A stretch of 56,470 nt of DNA, from assembly GCA_964421355.1 (NCBI GenBank), contig CAYQWX010000001.1, positions 1 through 56,470 of the forward strand. The letters run 5' to 3'. This document shows, in pieces, positions 38,735 through 48,325 of this stretch. Numbering within the stretch: position 1 is the stretch's first letter; every line of letters starts with the position of its first letter. A program made the position numbers and the translations under genes. The DNA is from an uncultured Bacteroidales bacterium. GTDB lineage: Bacteria; Bacteroidota; Bacteroidia; Bacteroidales; JALTDM01. The notes under the pieces were generated by a model. That model saw nothing but the letters and a program-made list of their open reading frames with translations, was not told the DNA's origin and did not search any database.

Positions 38735-40648
38735 TTATTTATCGTCGTCTTTTTTCTTTTTTAATTCTTCTTTCAGTTTATTTAATTCTTCAGCTACGTC
38801 TCCTAATGTTGTTTTTTCTACTTTAGGTGATTTTGCATTAGACTTATATTCTTTGTGTTCTCTTGGTTCTTGCCATGTTTTGGTATGAGACACTACTATT
38901 TTTTGAGCAGGCTTGTTGAATTCTATCACCATAAACGGTAATTTTTCTTCTAATTTTGCTCTTGAGCCATCTTCCTTCAATAAATGTTTGTTAGGAGCAA
39001 AAGCTTCCATACCATAAGGAAGTTGGACAATAGCACCTTTATCTACTCTTTCCACAACAGTCCCTTCGTGTACTGTTCCTTCTGCAAATGTTGTTTCAAA
39101 TGTGTCCCAAGGATTTTCTTCTAATTGTTTGTGTCCAAGACTAAGTTTTCGGTTTGCTTTATCTATATCGAGTACAACTACATCTATTTTTTCACCTACT
39201 TTGGTAAATTCTGCAGGATGTTTGATTTTTTGAGTCCAAGACAAATCACTTACATGTACCAATCCATCAATACCTTCTTCTAATTCTACAAATATACCGA
39301 AGTTTGTAATACTTCTAACAGTACCTGTATGTTTAGAACCAATAGGATATTTTTCTTCTACTTTTTCCCATGGGTCTGGTTGCAGTTGCTTAATTCCTAA
39401 AGATATTTTTCTGGCTTCTCTGTCTAAAGTAAGGATAACTGCTTCTACTTCGTCACCAATTTTCAAATATTCTTGCGCGGTTTTCAAGTGATTAGACCAA
39501 GACATTTCACTTACATGTATCAATCCTTCTATGCCCGGAGCAATTTCTATAAAAGCACCATAATCGGCAAGCACAACAACTTTACCTTTTACTTTATCAC
39601 CTACTTTAAGATTTGGATCAAGAGAATCCCATGGATGTGGTTGAAGTTGTTTCATCCCAAGGGCAATACGTTTTTTATCTTCATCAAAATCAAGTATTAC
39701 TACTTTGATTTTTTCATCAAGTTTCACAACTTCTTCTGGGTGATTTATTCTACCCCAAGAGAGATCGGTGATATGAATTAAGCCGTCAACACCACCTAAA
39801 TCAACAAATACTCCGTAAGAAGTTATATTTTTTACAACACCTTCAAGTATTTGTCCTTTTTCAAGATTTGCTATAATTTCTTTCTTTTGTTTTTCAAGTT
39901 CTTCTTCGATAAGTACTTTGTGGGATACTACAACATTTTTGAATTCATGGTTTATTTTTACAATTTTGAAATCCATTACCTTACCCACAAAAGCATCATA
40001 ATCTTGTATTGGTTTTACATCTATTTGAGATCCTGGTAAGAATGCTTCTATACCAAATACATCTACTATCATACCGCCTTTGGTGCGTGCTTTGATGTAT
40101 CCTTTTATTACTTCTTGTTTTTCGTATGCATCGTTTGCTCTTTCCCAAGCTTTTACCAGACGTGCTTTTTTATGTGATAATATTAATTGTCCATTGGGAT
40201 TTTCTATGCTTTCTACAAACACTTCTACTTTATCACCTACTTTAAGATCGGGATTATATCTAAATTCATTGCGACTTATTACTCCTTCTGATTTATATCC
40301 TATATCAACAACAACATCTCTTTTGTTTATTGCAACAACCGTTCCTTCTACTACTTCTTTTTCAGCAATAGAAGATAATGTTTGATTGTAAAGATCTTCA
40401 TACTTTTTCCTTTCTTCTTCATCGTAGAAATCATCGGTATTGTTCAACTTGTCCCAATCAATTTCTTCTTCTTGATTTTCATCAACGAGTTCTACTTCAT
40501 CGCCGTCTTCCAAAGTTTTTTCAGCTTCTTCTTCCGCCTTTTTTTCCATGCGGTAAGTTTCAAGTTCATCCTCTTTTACATCTTCGGTACTGAGGTCCAA
40601 CTTGCTTTTTTCAAGTTCTTCCGGATTTAAATTTTTTTCTTCTGCCAT
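38735..40648 (-). CDS. rpsA: 30S ribosomal protein S1
   Basis: Six S1 repeats (IGYKSEG, AFLPGSQ, DGLIHITDLSW, etc.) with an acidic N-terminal extension; start at 40648 preferred. Confidence 0.97.
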   Translation of the reverse strand: MAEEKNLNPEELEKSKLDLSTEDVKEDELETYRMEKKAEEEAEKTLEDGDEVELVDENQEEEIDWDKLNNTDDFYDEEERKKYEDLYNQTLSSIAEKEVVEGTVVAINKRDVVVDIGYKSEGVISRNEFRYNPDLKVGDKVEVFVESIENPNGQLILSHKKARLVKAWERANDAYEKQEVIKGYIKARTKGGMIVDVFGIEAFLPGSQIDVKPIQDYDAFVGKVMDFKIVKINHEFKNVVVSHKVLIEEELEKQKKEIIANLEKGQILEGVVKNITSYGVFVDLGGVDGLIHITDLSWGRINHPEEVVKLDEKIKVVILDFDEDKKRIALGMKQLQPHPWDSLDPNLKVGDKVKGKVVVLADYGAFIEIAPGIEGLIHVSEMSWSNHLKTAQEYLKIGDEVEAVILTLDREARKISLGIKQLQPDPWEKVEEKYPIGSKHTGTVRSITNFGIFVELEEGIDGLVHVSDLSWTQKIKHPAEFTKVGEKIDVVVLDIDKANRKLSLGHKQLEENPWDTFETTFAEGTVHEGTVVERVDKGAIVQLPYGMEAFAPNKHLLKEDGSRAKLEEKLPFMVIEFNKPAQKIVVSHTKTWQEPREHKEYKSNAKSPKVEKTTLGDVAEELNKLKEELKKKKDDDK

Positions 40649-40721
40649 AATTTTTGTTTTTTTAATGGTTATTATGTTAGACTTTATGTTGTTTGTATAT
40701 AACAACCGAAATTTTGACCTG

Positions 40722-40729
40722 CAAAGGTA
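40722..40729 (-). promoter_or_regulatory. Bacteroidota -7 promoter element for rpsA (TACCTTTG)
   Basis: Consensus TAnnTTTG followed by C. Confidence 0.7.
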
Positions 40730-40973
40730 TTATTTTTTTTAATATCAAAAGGTTAAATGGATTTTAATTTTAGTTATTTATCAATGATGTCTTAACTGTT
40801 CTTGTGGAAAAATATACGATGTCTTGTAATTTATTTGAAGTTATACTTTTTGTCTTTTGCTACTTTGGGATAAATAAGTTAAAAGCAAATGTGTGAACAA
40901 AACTATTGATAATGTGGTGTTTACATCTTGGGAATAGATAATTGTATTAATAGTTTAATTTTGATCAAATAAA

Positions 40974-41015
40974 AATAAAAAAGAGGCTATTTTTTAGATA
41001 GCCTCTTTTTTTATT
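40974..41015 (-). terminator. Intrinsic terminator
   Basis: aaaaaagaggctat...atagcctctttttt downstream of the 1867-aa gene. Confidence 0.85.
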
Positions 41016-41031
41016 AAATTATTTTCAAGAA

Positions 41032-44000
41032 TTATTGTTTAATAACTTTTGCTCTTGCTTGTTTGCCGTCAACAAAAGTTACTTTAAGTAAATATAATCC
41101 TTTGTTTAAAGAAGCAATATTTATTCTGTATTCCTTCTTGCTTAAATTTACTTTCTTCACAACTTCTTTGCCTGAAACAGTAAATAAACTCAATTCTTTT
41201 ATAGTATTGCTTCCTCTTATTAATAATTCTCCTTGTGTTGGATTTGGGGTAATGTTTAACCATTTAGCATCTGTTTCGGAAACAAATACCATGATTGTAA
41301 CCTGTGCACTATCACTTGTTACATTACCACACTGATTAGATACTGCACACCAATACCAACCTTCATCATTTGATGTTGCATTGGATACTGATAAGGTAGA
41401 AGTTGTTGCTCCACTAATATTACCACCATCTATCAAATTACTTCCATCTTTTATCCATTGATAAGATAAATTACCACCACTTGCAGCTACAGATAAGGTG
41501 AAATTATCTCCATCATTTACACTAACATCTACTGGTTGAGTAGTAACAACAGGAGTTTCATTAACATTTAATGTTACTTCATCAGAAGATATTGTTCCAC
41601 AATCTCCGGAAATCAAACAATTATAAGTTCCTGCATCATTTGTGGTAGCATTTGTGATTGAATATACATTTGAGGTAGCTCCAGATATATTATTACCATT
41701 ATGTTGCCATTGATAGGTTAAATTGCTACCATTTGCCACTATGTTAAATGTCCAATCACTACCTTCACAAATGTTTCCACCTTGTGGTTGAGAAGAAATA
41801 GTTGGTAGAGGATTAACTACTAATGTTGCAGTATTAGATTCTACACTACCACAAGCATTGCTAACTACACAGGAATAATCACCTGCATCTGAAGTAGAAA
41901 CACTATTTATAACATAAGTTTGATTATTAGCTCCGGGAATATCATTACCATTTAATCGCCATTGATAAGTTAAAGCGTTTCCTGTAGCTCCAACAGAAAC
42001 TGAAAATCCACTTCCTTCACACAATGTATCACCTTGAGGTTGTGAAGTAATAGATACAGCATCACTAACTGTTAATTGTGCTACTTGTGTAGTTACACTA
42101 CCACAAGAATTGGAAATAACGCAAGTATAATTTCCTGCATCTGAGGTAGTAGCATTATTGATAGTATATGTGTTTGAAGTTGCACCACTAATGTTATTAC
42201 CATCATGTTGCCATTGATAACTTAAATTACTCCCGGTTGCATTTACTGTAAATGTATAGGAGTTTCCGCTACAAACATCTCCGCCTACAGGTTGATCTAC
42301 GATAGCAGGACTTTCAGTTACATTCAAGGTGGCAATATTTGATGTAACACTTCCACAGTCTCCTGTAACTTCACAAGTATAATCTCCTGCACTTGCAGTA
42401 GTAACATTATTTATAGTATAGTCGGAAGATGTTGCCCCATTTATGGCATTACCATTCAAATACCATTGATAAGTCAAATTGCTTCCAGTTGCTGTAATAC
42501 TAAATGTATAAGAATTACCTGTACATACATTACCTCCTGCAGGTTGAGTTGTTATACTTACAGCAGGATTTACAGTAAGAGTTGCCGGATTTGAAGTAAT
42601 AACATTACCACAAGAATCTGTTATTACACAAGTATAATTTCCAGCATCTGCCATTGTTACATTAGATATTGTATAAGTATCTGAATTAGCTCCGGATATA
42701 TCATTCCCATCATGTTTCCATTGATAAACAGGAGCTGTAGCATTAGCTACAACAGAAAAGTTAACACTATTACCTTCACATACTGTTTGATTATTAGGTT
42801 GTGTTGTAATTGTTGGTGTTGTGCAATTTATAGTTGAATTTATTTCCAAATCATCTATCCACAGCATAAATTTATCTGTAGAAACATGGCGTATAGCTAC
42901 ATATATTTCTTGATTATCATAATTACTTAAATCATAAGTAAATTGTTGCCATGTATCAGGAGCATCAGTTACACTGGATATTGCTGTAAAACTTGAAGGA
43001 TTATTATCAGTTGTAGATACCAATACTTCAAAAGAATCATCTCCCCAGCTACTTGGTTTTGGCGACAATGCCCAGAAACTAAATGAAGAATTAGTGCCTA
43101 ATTGTAATTTAGGAGAAATGAACCAGTCATCACTTTGGCTTCCATCGTTCGGACAAATTGCCATTCCTACTCTAACGCCACTGTGTGCAGCATCTCCCAC
43201 TGTGCTTTCCCAGCAATCACTGGTATTAAATGCCATATAGGCAAATGCACTTTGTTCTCCGGGGAAATCGCAATCATTACTACCATAAGTAGCTTTACCG
43301 TCTCCATCTACCGTAGTCCATGGGTCAAAAGAAGTTGTATAATCTGCACTACTTTCGAAATCCCATGTAAATGGATAAGACGAAACAATATACTCATCGT
43401 TTAATGTTGTTGCATTACCTGATAATCCAGGGGTTAGATAACATACTCCGGAAGTATCGTTATATTCATAGAGTGCAAAATAATATGTAGTGTTTGGATT
43501 TAATCCTGTAACAGTTACATTTTGTCCTGTTCCAGAATATACTACATAATTACCTGTTCCTATTTGATCACCACTACCAAAAGTAGAGTTTGCTGTGTAA
43601 TTAGTTCCACTTACAGGATCGCTATCTACTGCACTTCCTTCGTGAGCTACTACTAATATTTTTGTTCCATCTCCTCGTGTCCATGATAAATCAATTGCAT
43701 ATGTGTCGGGTACAGCAGAAAAGTTTGAAGCTTGTGTTGTTGGAGTTGTACAAACAATATCATCTGTTATTCCATTTCCTGTAAGAGCAGGAGTTAAATA
43801 ACATACTCCGGAAGTATCGTTATATTCATATAGTGCAAAATAATATGTTGTATTTGGATTTAATCCTGTAACAGTCATATTTTGTCCTGTCCCTGAATAT
43901 ACTACATAATTACCAGTTCCTATTTGGTCGCCACTGCCAAAAGTAGAATTTGCTGTGTAATTAGTTCCACTTACAGGATCGCTATCTACTGCACTTCCTT

Positions 44001-46635
44001 CGTGAGCTACTACTAATATTTTTGTTCCATCTCCTCGTGTCCATGATAAATCAAGAGAAGAAGTAGTTGAGCCTGTTACTGCAAAGTTTGATGCTTGTGT
44101 GTTTGGTGTTACACAAGTATTAGAGTTTGTTGTTGAATTTATTTCCAAATCATCTATCCACAACATAAATTTATCTGTAGAAACATGATGGATAGCTACA
44201 TATATCTCTTGATTATCATAAGCACTTAAATCATAAGAATATTGTTGCCAACTGCTATCAGCAGGAGTTACATTAGAAATTGCTGTAAAACTTGATGGAT
44301 TATTATCCGTAGTAGAAACCATTACTTCAAATTCATCATCTCCCCAAGTTTTTGGTTTTGGTGATAATGCCCAAAAACTAAATGAAGAATTAGTGCCTAA
44401 TTGTAATTTAGGAGAAATGAACCAGTCATCACTTTGGCTTCCATCGTTCGGACAAATTGCCATTCCAACCCTTACTCCACTATGAGCAGCATCACCAACT
44501 GTGCTTTCCCAGCAATCACTTGTATTAAATGCCATATAGGCAAAAGCAGAACCTTCTCCTGTCCAATCACAATCACTACTTTGATAAGTTGCTTTCCCGT
44601 CTCCATCCACTGTGGTCCAAGGAGCAAAAGAAGTTGTATAGTCTGCACTACTTTCAAAATCCCATGTAAATGGATAAGAGGAAATAGGAGCAGCTTCAGT
44701 AGTAGCATTTGCAGTTACACCTGGAGATGAATATTCATTTGAAGGTAAATAAGACCAAGCTTTATAATAATATGTAGTAGAAGGTTGTAGTCCCGTATGG
44801 TTATAAGTAGTATTTGTTCCATAATAAAGCACAGTACCACCACCTGGAATAGCATCACCGGGATTATAAGTTGTTCCGTTTTGAGGAGTCCCGAAAGTGC
44901 CGTTCGGCGACCATGCTAATAATACAGGATCTCCATTATTATTTAAATCCCAACTCAAATCTATTTCTTGGTCAGAAACTGCATTTGCTGTCAAATTTTG
45001 AGGATCTCCTGTTTCTTGGAATTTAAAGCCAATTATTCTTGTAGCCAAACTTGTAGATGAATTTACATATTGTCCTGTAAACCAAAAAGTAACGTTGTCT
45101 GATGGGTCAACGCTCATTTGGAAATAATCTCCCCAACGATTTACATTTGTTTGTGCTCCTTGCCCATCAACAATAACGGTTTCAGGAATATCCATTACTC
45201 CATTTGCATTTGCATGCTCTGCTGCCGATTGTCCTGTGAAACGCAGTCCTGTATAAGTGTTTGGACCTGCAACAGAATAAGCTAATGCTATTTCATGATT
45301 AGCATTTATAGATATACTTCCCATCCATCTATTTGTAGCATCAGGTGCATAAGTGCCACTTTGTCGTAAGCTCCAGCCATTACCGTCGTTAGTAAGTTCG
45401 TACCACCTTACTCCTGCATGATCATTGCCATCTACATCAACAGTATGACAAGCAACAATAGTTTGTTCATTACCAAAATTCCTATATTGTGCTCTATACA
45501 TAAGGACAGTAGGAATTGCATCCAATTTTTGAGAAGTTCCTCTTTGTTCTATATCATTCATATAACTTGATGTGTTAAATTGGGAGTCAAAAGAAGGGAC
45601 ATCAATTACTTGAACCCTATCAAAAGTAGAATTATTAGGATTAGACCAATCTGCATGCAATTCATAAAGCCATAAGGCATCACTTCCTCCTCCCCATGCA
45701 TCGTCATTTATGGTAATAAACATACCTGGAGTTCCTGATGGAGCAAAAGTGCCGTCATTATCCAAAGGTTGAATGCAATGAAAACCGCTATTTGGACGGT
45801 AAGGATTGTCAAATCCTATCATTTGAGGATTACTTCCTCCGTTTAACATTACAGAACGTTCAAAAACATAAACATCATTTTTATTTGCTCCGGAATTATT
45901 TGTTGCCATATAGTATCCATCTTGCCAAATTCCTACTTTTTCATAATCTGGCATATCATCTACATCAAAACTATATGCGTACCATTGTCCTGTGGGGTCA
46001 TTAGTTGCAGAAACAGCAAACAGCATATAATCATTACTGCCACTTATAGAAAACTCTATAGCTACCCATCTGTCAGCTTCTTCATCATACAGAGCAATGG
46101 GGTCACCATCATTATATTGGGCACCTGTAACATTCCCAAAAAGGGAATTCATTGCATTAGGGCCTGCTACTAGATTACCGCTTTTGTCATAAATGGCATA
46201 AGAAGTGTTGTAGGTTTGCATAAAGTAATTTGGTCCTACTGTTCCGTTATCGTCAGTAGGATAGCCCCCGTCACCATTTTGTCCTTCAAAATTTGCAACA
46301 ATAATAGGTTGTGCTTTTGTGCCGCTAGGTATTGATTTTTGCCATACGGGGTCAGGACCTTTTGGCAAAGCATTTGCTGCATTAGGATAATTACGTTCTT
46401 TTAGTTCCTCATTACGCTCAATATCTTTTAAAGCCTCTTTTTTTGCTCCAATTTGAGCTTCTGTTAAAGGTTGAAAATTTCTGACAGGGCCAATTACTCC
46501 TAAAAAGTGTCCTGTTCTAACTACTTTTGGATGTACTGGCTTATGACCTGTAAATGCTTCTGTTTGGAACTGTTGAGAAAATCCAAACAAAGAAAATACA
46601 AGCATCCACACTACACTCATCAAATACTTTTTCAT
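41032..46635 (-). CDS. Large T9SS-secreted multidomain protein (N-terminal putative beta-propeller, FN3, 2x cleaved-adhesin/choice-of-anchor J, 6x Ig-like, CTD)
   Basis: Signal peptide; DWFISP...WIDDL adhesin domains; L.PNTTYYF FN3 units; six I..QP...YQW...DAG.Y.C Ig units; PNPT...GLYLLK CTD. Confidence 0.88.
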   Translation of the reverse strand: MKKYLMSVVWMLVFSLFGFSQQFQTEAFTGHKPVHPKVVRTGHFLGVIGPVRNFQPLTEAQIGAKKEALKDIERNEELKERNYPNAANALPKGPDPVWQKSIPSGTKAQPIIVANFEGQNGDGGYPTDDNGTVGPNYFMQTYNTSYAIYDKSGNLVAGPNAMNSLFGNVTGAQYNDGDPIALYDEEADRWVAIEFSISGSNDYMLFAVSATNDPTGQWYAYSFDVDDMPDYEKVGIWQDGYYMATNNSGANKNDVYVFERSVMLNGGSNPQMIGFDNPYRPNSGFHCIQPLDNDGTFAPSGTPGMFITINDDAWGGGSDALWLYELHADWSNPNNSTFDRVQVIDVPSFDSQFNTSSYMNDIEQRGTSQKLDAIPTVLMYRAQYRNFGNEQTIVACHTVDVDGNDHAGVRWYELTNDGNGWSLRQSGTYAPDATNRWMGSISINANHEIALAYSVAGPNTYTGLRFTGQSAAEHANANGVMDIPETVIVDGQGAQTNVNRWGDYFQMSVDPSDNVTFWFTGQYVNSSTSLATRIIGFKFQETGDPQNLTANAVSDQEIDLSWDLNNNGDPVLLAWSPNGTFGTPQNGTTYNPGDAIPGGGTVLYYGTNTTYNHTGLQPSTTYYYKAWSYLPSNEYSSPGVTANATTEAAPISSYPFTWDFESSADYTTSFAPWTTVDGDGKATYQSSDCDWTGEGSAFAYMAFNTSDCWESTVGDAAHSGVRVGMAICPNDGSQSDDWFISPKLQLGTNSSFSFWALSPKPKTWGDDEFEVMVSTTDNNPSSFTAISNVTPADSSWQQYSYDLSAYDNQEIYVAIHHVSTDKFMLWIDDLEINSTTNSNTCVTPNTQASNFAVTGSTTSSLDLSWTRGDGTKILVVAHEGSAVDSDPVSGTNYTANSTFGSGDQIGTGNYVVYSGTGQNMTVTGLNPNTTYYFALYEYNDTSGVCYLTPALTGNGITDDIVCTTPTTQASNFSAVPDTYAIDLSWTRGDGTKILVVAHEGSAVDSDPVSGTNYTANSTFGSGDQIGTGNYVVYSGTGQNVTVTGLNPNTTYYFALYEYNDTSGVCYLTPGLSGNATTLNDEYIVSSYPFTWDFESSADYTTSFDPWTTVDGDGKATYGSNDCDFPGEQSAFAYMAFNTSDCWESTVGDAAHSGVRVGMAICPNDGSQSDDWFISPKLQLGTNSSFSFWALSPKPSSWGDDSFEVLVSTTDNNPSSFTAISSVTDAPDTWQQFTYDLSNYDNQEIYVAIRHVSTDKFMLWIDDLEINSTINCTTPTITTQPNNQTVCEGNSVNFSVVANATAPVYQWKHDGNDISGANSDTYTISNVTMADAGNYTCVITDSCGNVITSNPATLTVNPAVSITTQPAGGNVCTGNSYTFSITATGSNLTYQWYLNGNAINGATSSDYTINNVTTASAGDYTCEVTGDCGSVTSNIATLNVTESPAIVDQPVGGDVCSGNSYTFTVNATGSNLSYQWQHDGNNISGATSNTYTINNATTSDAGNYTCVISNSCGSVTTQVAQLTVSDAVSITSQPQGDTLCEGSGFSVSVGATGNALTYQWRLNGNDIPGANNQTYVINSVSTSDAGDYSCVVSNACGSVESNTATLVVNPLPTISSQPQGGNICEGSDWTFNIVANGSNLTYQWQHNGNNISGATSNVYSITNATTNDAGTYNCLISGDCGTISSDEVTLNVNETPVVTTQPVDVSVNDGDNFTLSVAASGGNLSYQWIKDGSNLIDGGNISGATTSTLSVSNATSNDEGWYWCAVSNQCGNVTSDSAQVTIMVFVSETDAKWLNITPNPTQGELLIRGSNTIKELSLFTVSGKEVVKKVNLSKKEYRINIASLNKGLYLLKVTFVDGKQARAKVIKQ
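42833..44679. repeat. Nested intragenic duplications
   Basis: 42833-43380 resembles 44132-44679 (offset 1299); about 43440-43692 resembles about 43800-44052 (offset 360) with long identical runs. Confidence 0.9.
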
Positions 46636-46711
46636 AACTTTTATATTTTAAATTACCATATTTAATAACAAAATAAGACTAAAGCAACATTTTATAAGTT
46701 GCATGTATATT

Positions 46712-48175
46712 CTATTTTTTTTCTACATTTTCTATTGTATGAACTAAAAAGTTCCAAAACTTTTTAACTGATTCTATATTAACTTTTTCATCTGGAGAGT
46801 GAGGATATTTTATAGTAGGACCTACGGCAATCATATCCCAATTAGTATAAATACCACCTAACAATCCACATTCAAGACCAGCGTGAATAGCACTTATTTT
46901 CGGAATATTCCCGAACAATGTTTTGTATTGTTCTGTCATTACTTTCAATATTTCTGAATCAGGATTTGGTTTCCAGCCCGGATACTCTCCTGTAAATTCT
47001 ATATTATCTGCATTTGCCAAAGAATACAAAGCATCAAATACTTCTGCAAGAGCATCTTTTGAAGAATCAACGGAAGATCTCATGAGTGCTTTTATGCTTG
47101 CAGAACCGTTTTTGATTACTATTATTGCCAAATTTGTAGATGTTTCAACAAGATCAGGCATATCATTGCTCATACGAATCACACCATTAGGAGTAGCTAC
47201 TATTACATTCAATATTCGTTTTTTATCTGTGTCATCCATTACCATAGAAGGTGTGTCAGTTTTTTCTGCAAAAAATGTTAAATCAGGCTCTACTGTTTTA
47301 TATTCGTTTTTTATAATTGCTTCAAAGTCTTTAACGGCATTTTCAAAATCAGTAACTTTATTTTCAGGAATAGTTACTATTGCATATCCTTCACGAGGAA
47401 TAGCATTTCTCATATTTCCACCTTCAAATACGGATATTTCTACAGGAATGTTTTTTGAAATATGATAGAGAAATCTTGCTAACAGCACATTAGCATTTCC
47501 TCTGCCCAAATGTATATCAACGCCAGAGTGCCCGCCTTTTAATCCTTTTATTACTACTTTATATGCTTTATAATCGGAAGGAGTTTCTTTTTCTTTGTAA
47601 GTAAAATCTAAGTTGGCTTCCAATCCTCCTGCACAACCTATACACAACTCTCCTTCGTCTTCAAAATCAAGATTTATCAAAATATCTCCTTTTAATAATC
47701 CTGGTTTTAAGTTAAAAGCACCCGTCATTCCAGTTTCTTCATCTACAGTGAATAATGCTTCAATAGGACCGTGTTTTATGTCTTTAGAATCCAATATGGC
47801 AAGAGCTGCTGCCAACCCAATGCCATTATCAGCTCCTAAAGTTGTTCCTTTTGCAGTTACCCATTCTCCATCAATATATGCATCTATAGGGTCTTTTTCA
47901 AAGTCATGCTCAACATCACTGTTTTTTTGTGGTACCATATCCATGTGTGCTTGCAATATTATTCCCTTTTTATTTTCCATACCGGGTGTAGCAGGTTTCC
48001 TGATTATTACATTACCTACTTCATCTACTATAACTTCAAGGTTTCTATCACTTGCAAACTTTTTAAGATATTCTATAACTTTACCTTCTTTTTTAGAAGG
48101 ACGTGGTATTTGGGTAAGGTCATAAAAGAATTTCCATACCGCTTTGGGTTCTAATGATAATATTTCTTTTCCCAT
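46712..48175 (-). CDS. pepD: Aminoacyl-histidine dipeptidase (peptidase M20C)
   Basis: QAHMDMV, TTLGADNGIG, DEETG, GGHSG, IHAGLECG and HSPDE; TATCTTTG element at 48206-48213. Confidence 0.93.
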   Translation of the reverse strand: MGKEILSLEPKAVWKFFYDLTQIPRPSKKEGKVIEYLKKFASDRNLEVIVDEVGNVIIRKPATPGMENKKGIILQAHMDMVPQKNSDVEHDFEKDPIDAYIDGEWVTAKGTTLGADNGIGLAAALAILDSKDIKHGPIEALFTVDEETGMTGAFNLKPGLLKGDILINLDFEDEGELCIGCAGGLEANLDFTYKEKETPSDYKAYKVVIKGLKGGHSGVDIHLGRGNANVLLARFLYHISKNIPVEISVFEGGNMRNAIPREGYAIVTIPENKVTDFENAVKDFEAIIKNEYKTVEPDLTFFAEKTDTPSMVMDDTDKKRILNVIVATPNGVIRMSNDMPDLVETSTNLAIIVIKNGSASIKALMRSSVDSSKDALAEVFDALYSLANADNIEFTGEYPGWKPNPDSEILKVMTEQYKTLFGNIPKISAIHAGLECGLLGGIYTNWDMIAVGPTIKYPHSPDEKVNIESVKKFWNFLVHTIENVEKK

Positions 48176-48325
48176 GATTAAATATTTTTAAATGTTTTTC
48201 AATTCCAAAGATACAAAAAACATTATATGATTTAATTTTTGCTTAAAATTTCTATATATAAATTTTACCAATTCTCTCTAAAAAAATACCATTACTTTTG
48301 TATTGGAACAAAATATTTATTTACT

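Noticed and set aside
40655-40682. dif-like site TGTTTTTTTAA-TGGTTA-TTATGTTAGAC
   Set aside because: The XerD-like arm matches 9/11, but the XerC arm is a poly-T run and the site lies in the rpsA leader, where a leader hairpin explains it better.
40730-40973. Largest intergenic gap as a possible sRNA
   Set aside because: AT-rich, with no convincing stable structure or separate promoter-terminator pair visible.
42833-44679. DGR template/variable repeat pair
   Set aside because: Both copies are in-frame domains of one gene, mismatches are not adenine-specific, and no reverse transcriptase is present.
46923-48125. Long antisense ORFs (180 aa and 170 aa)
   Set aside because: Shadow frames of pepD with no independent motifs; the same applies to the other short antisense ORFs in the track.
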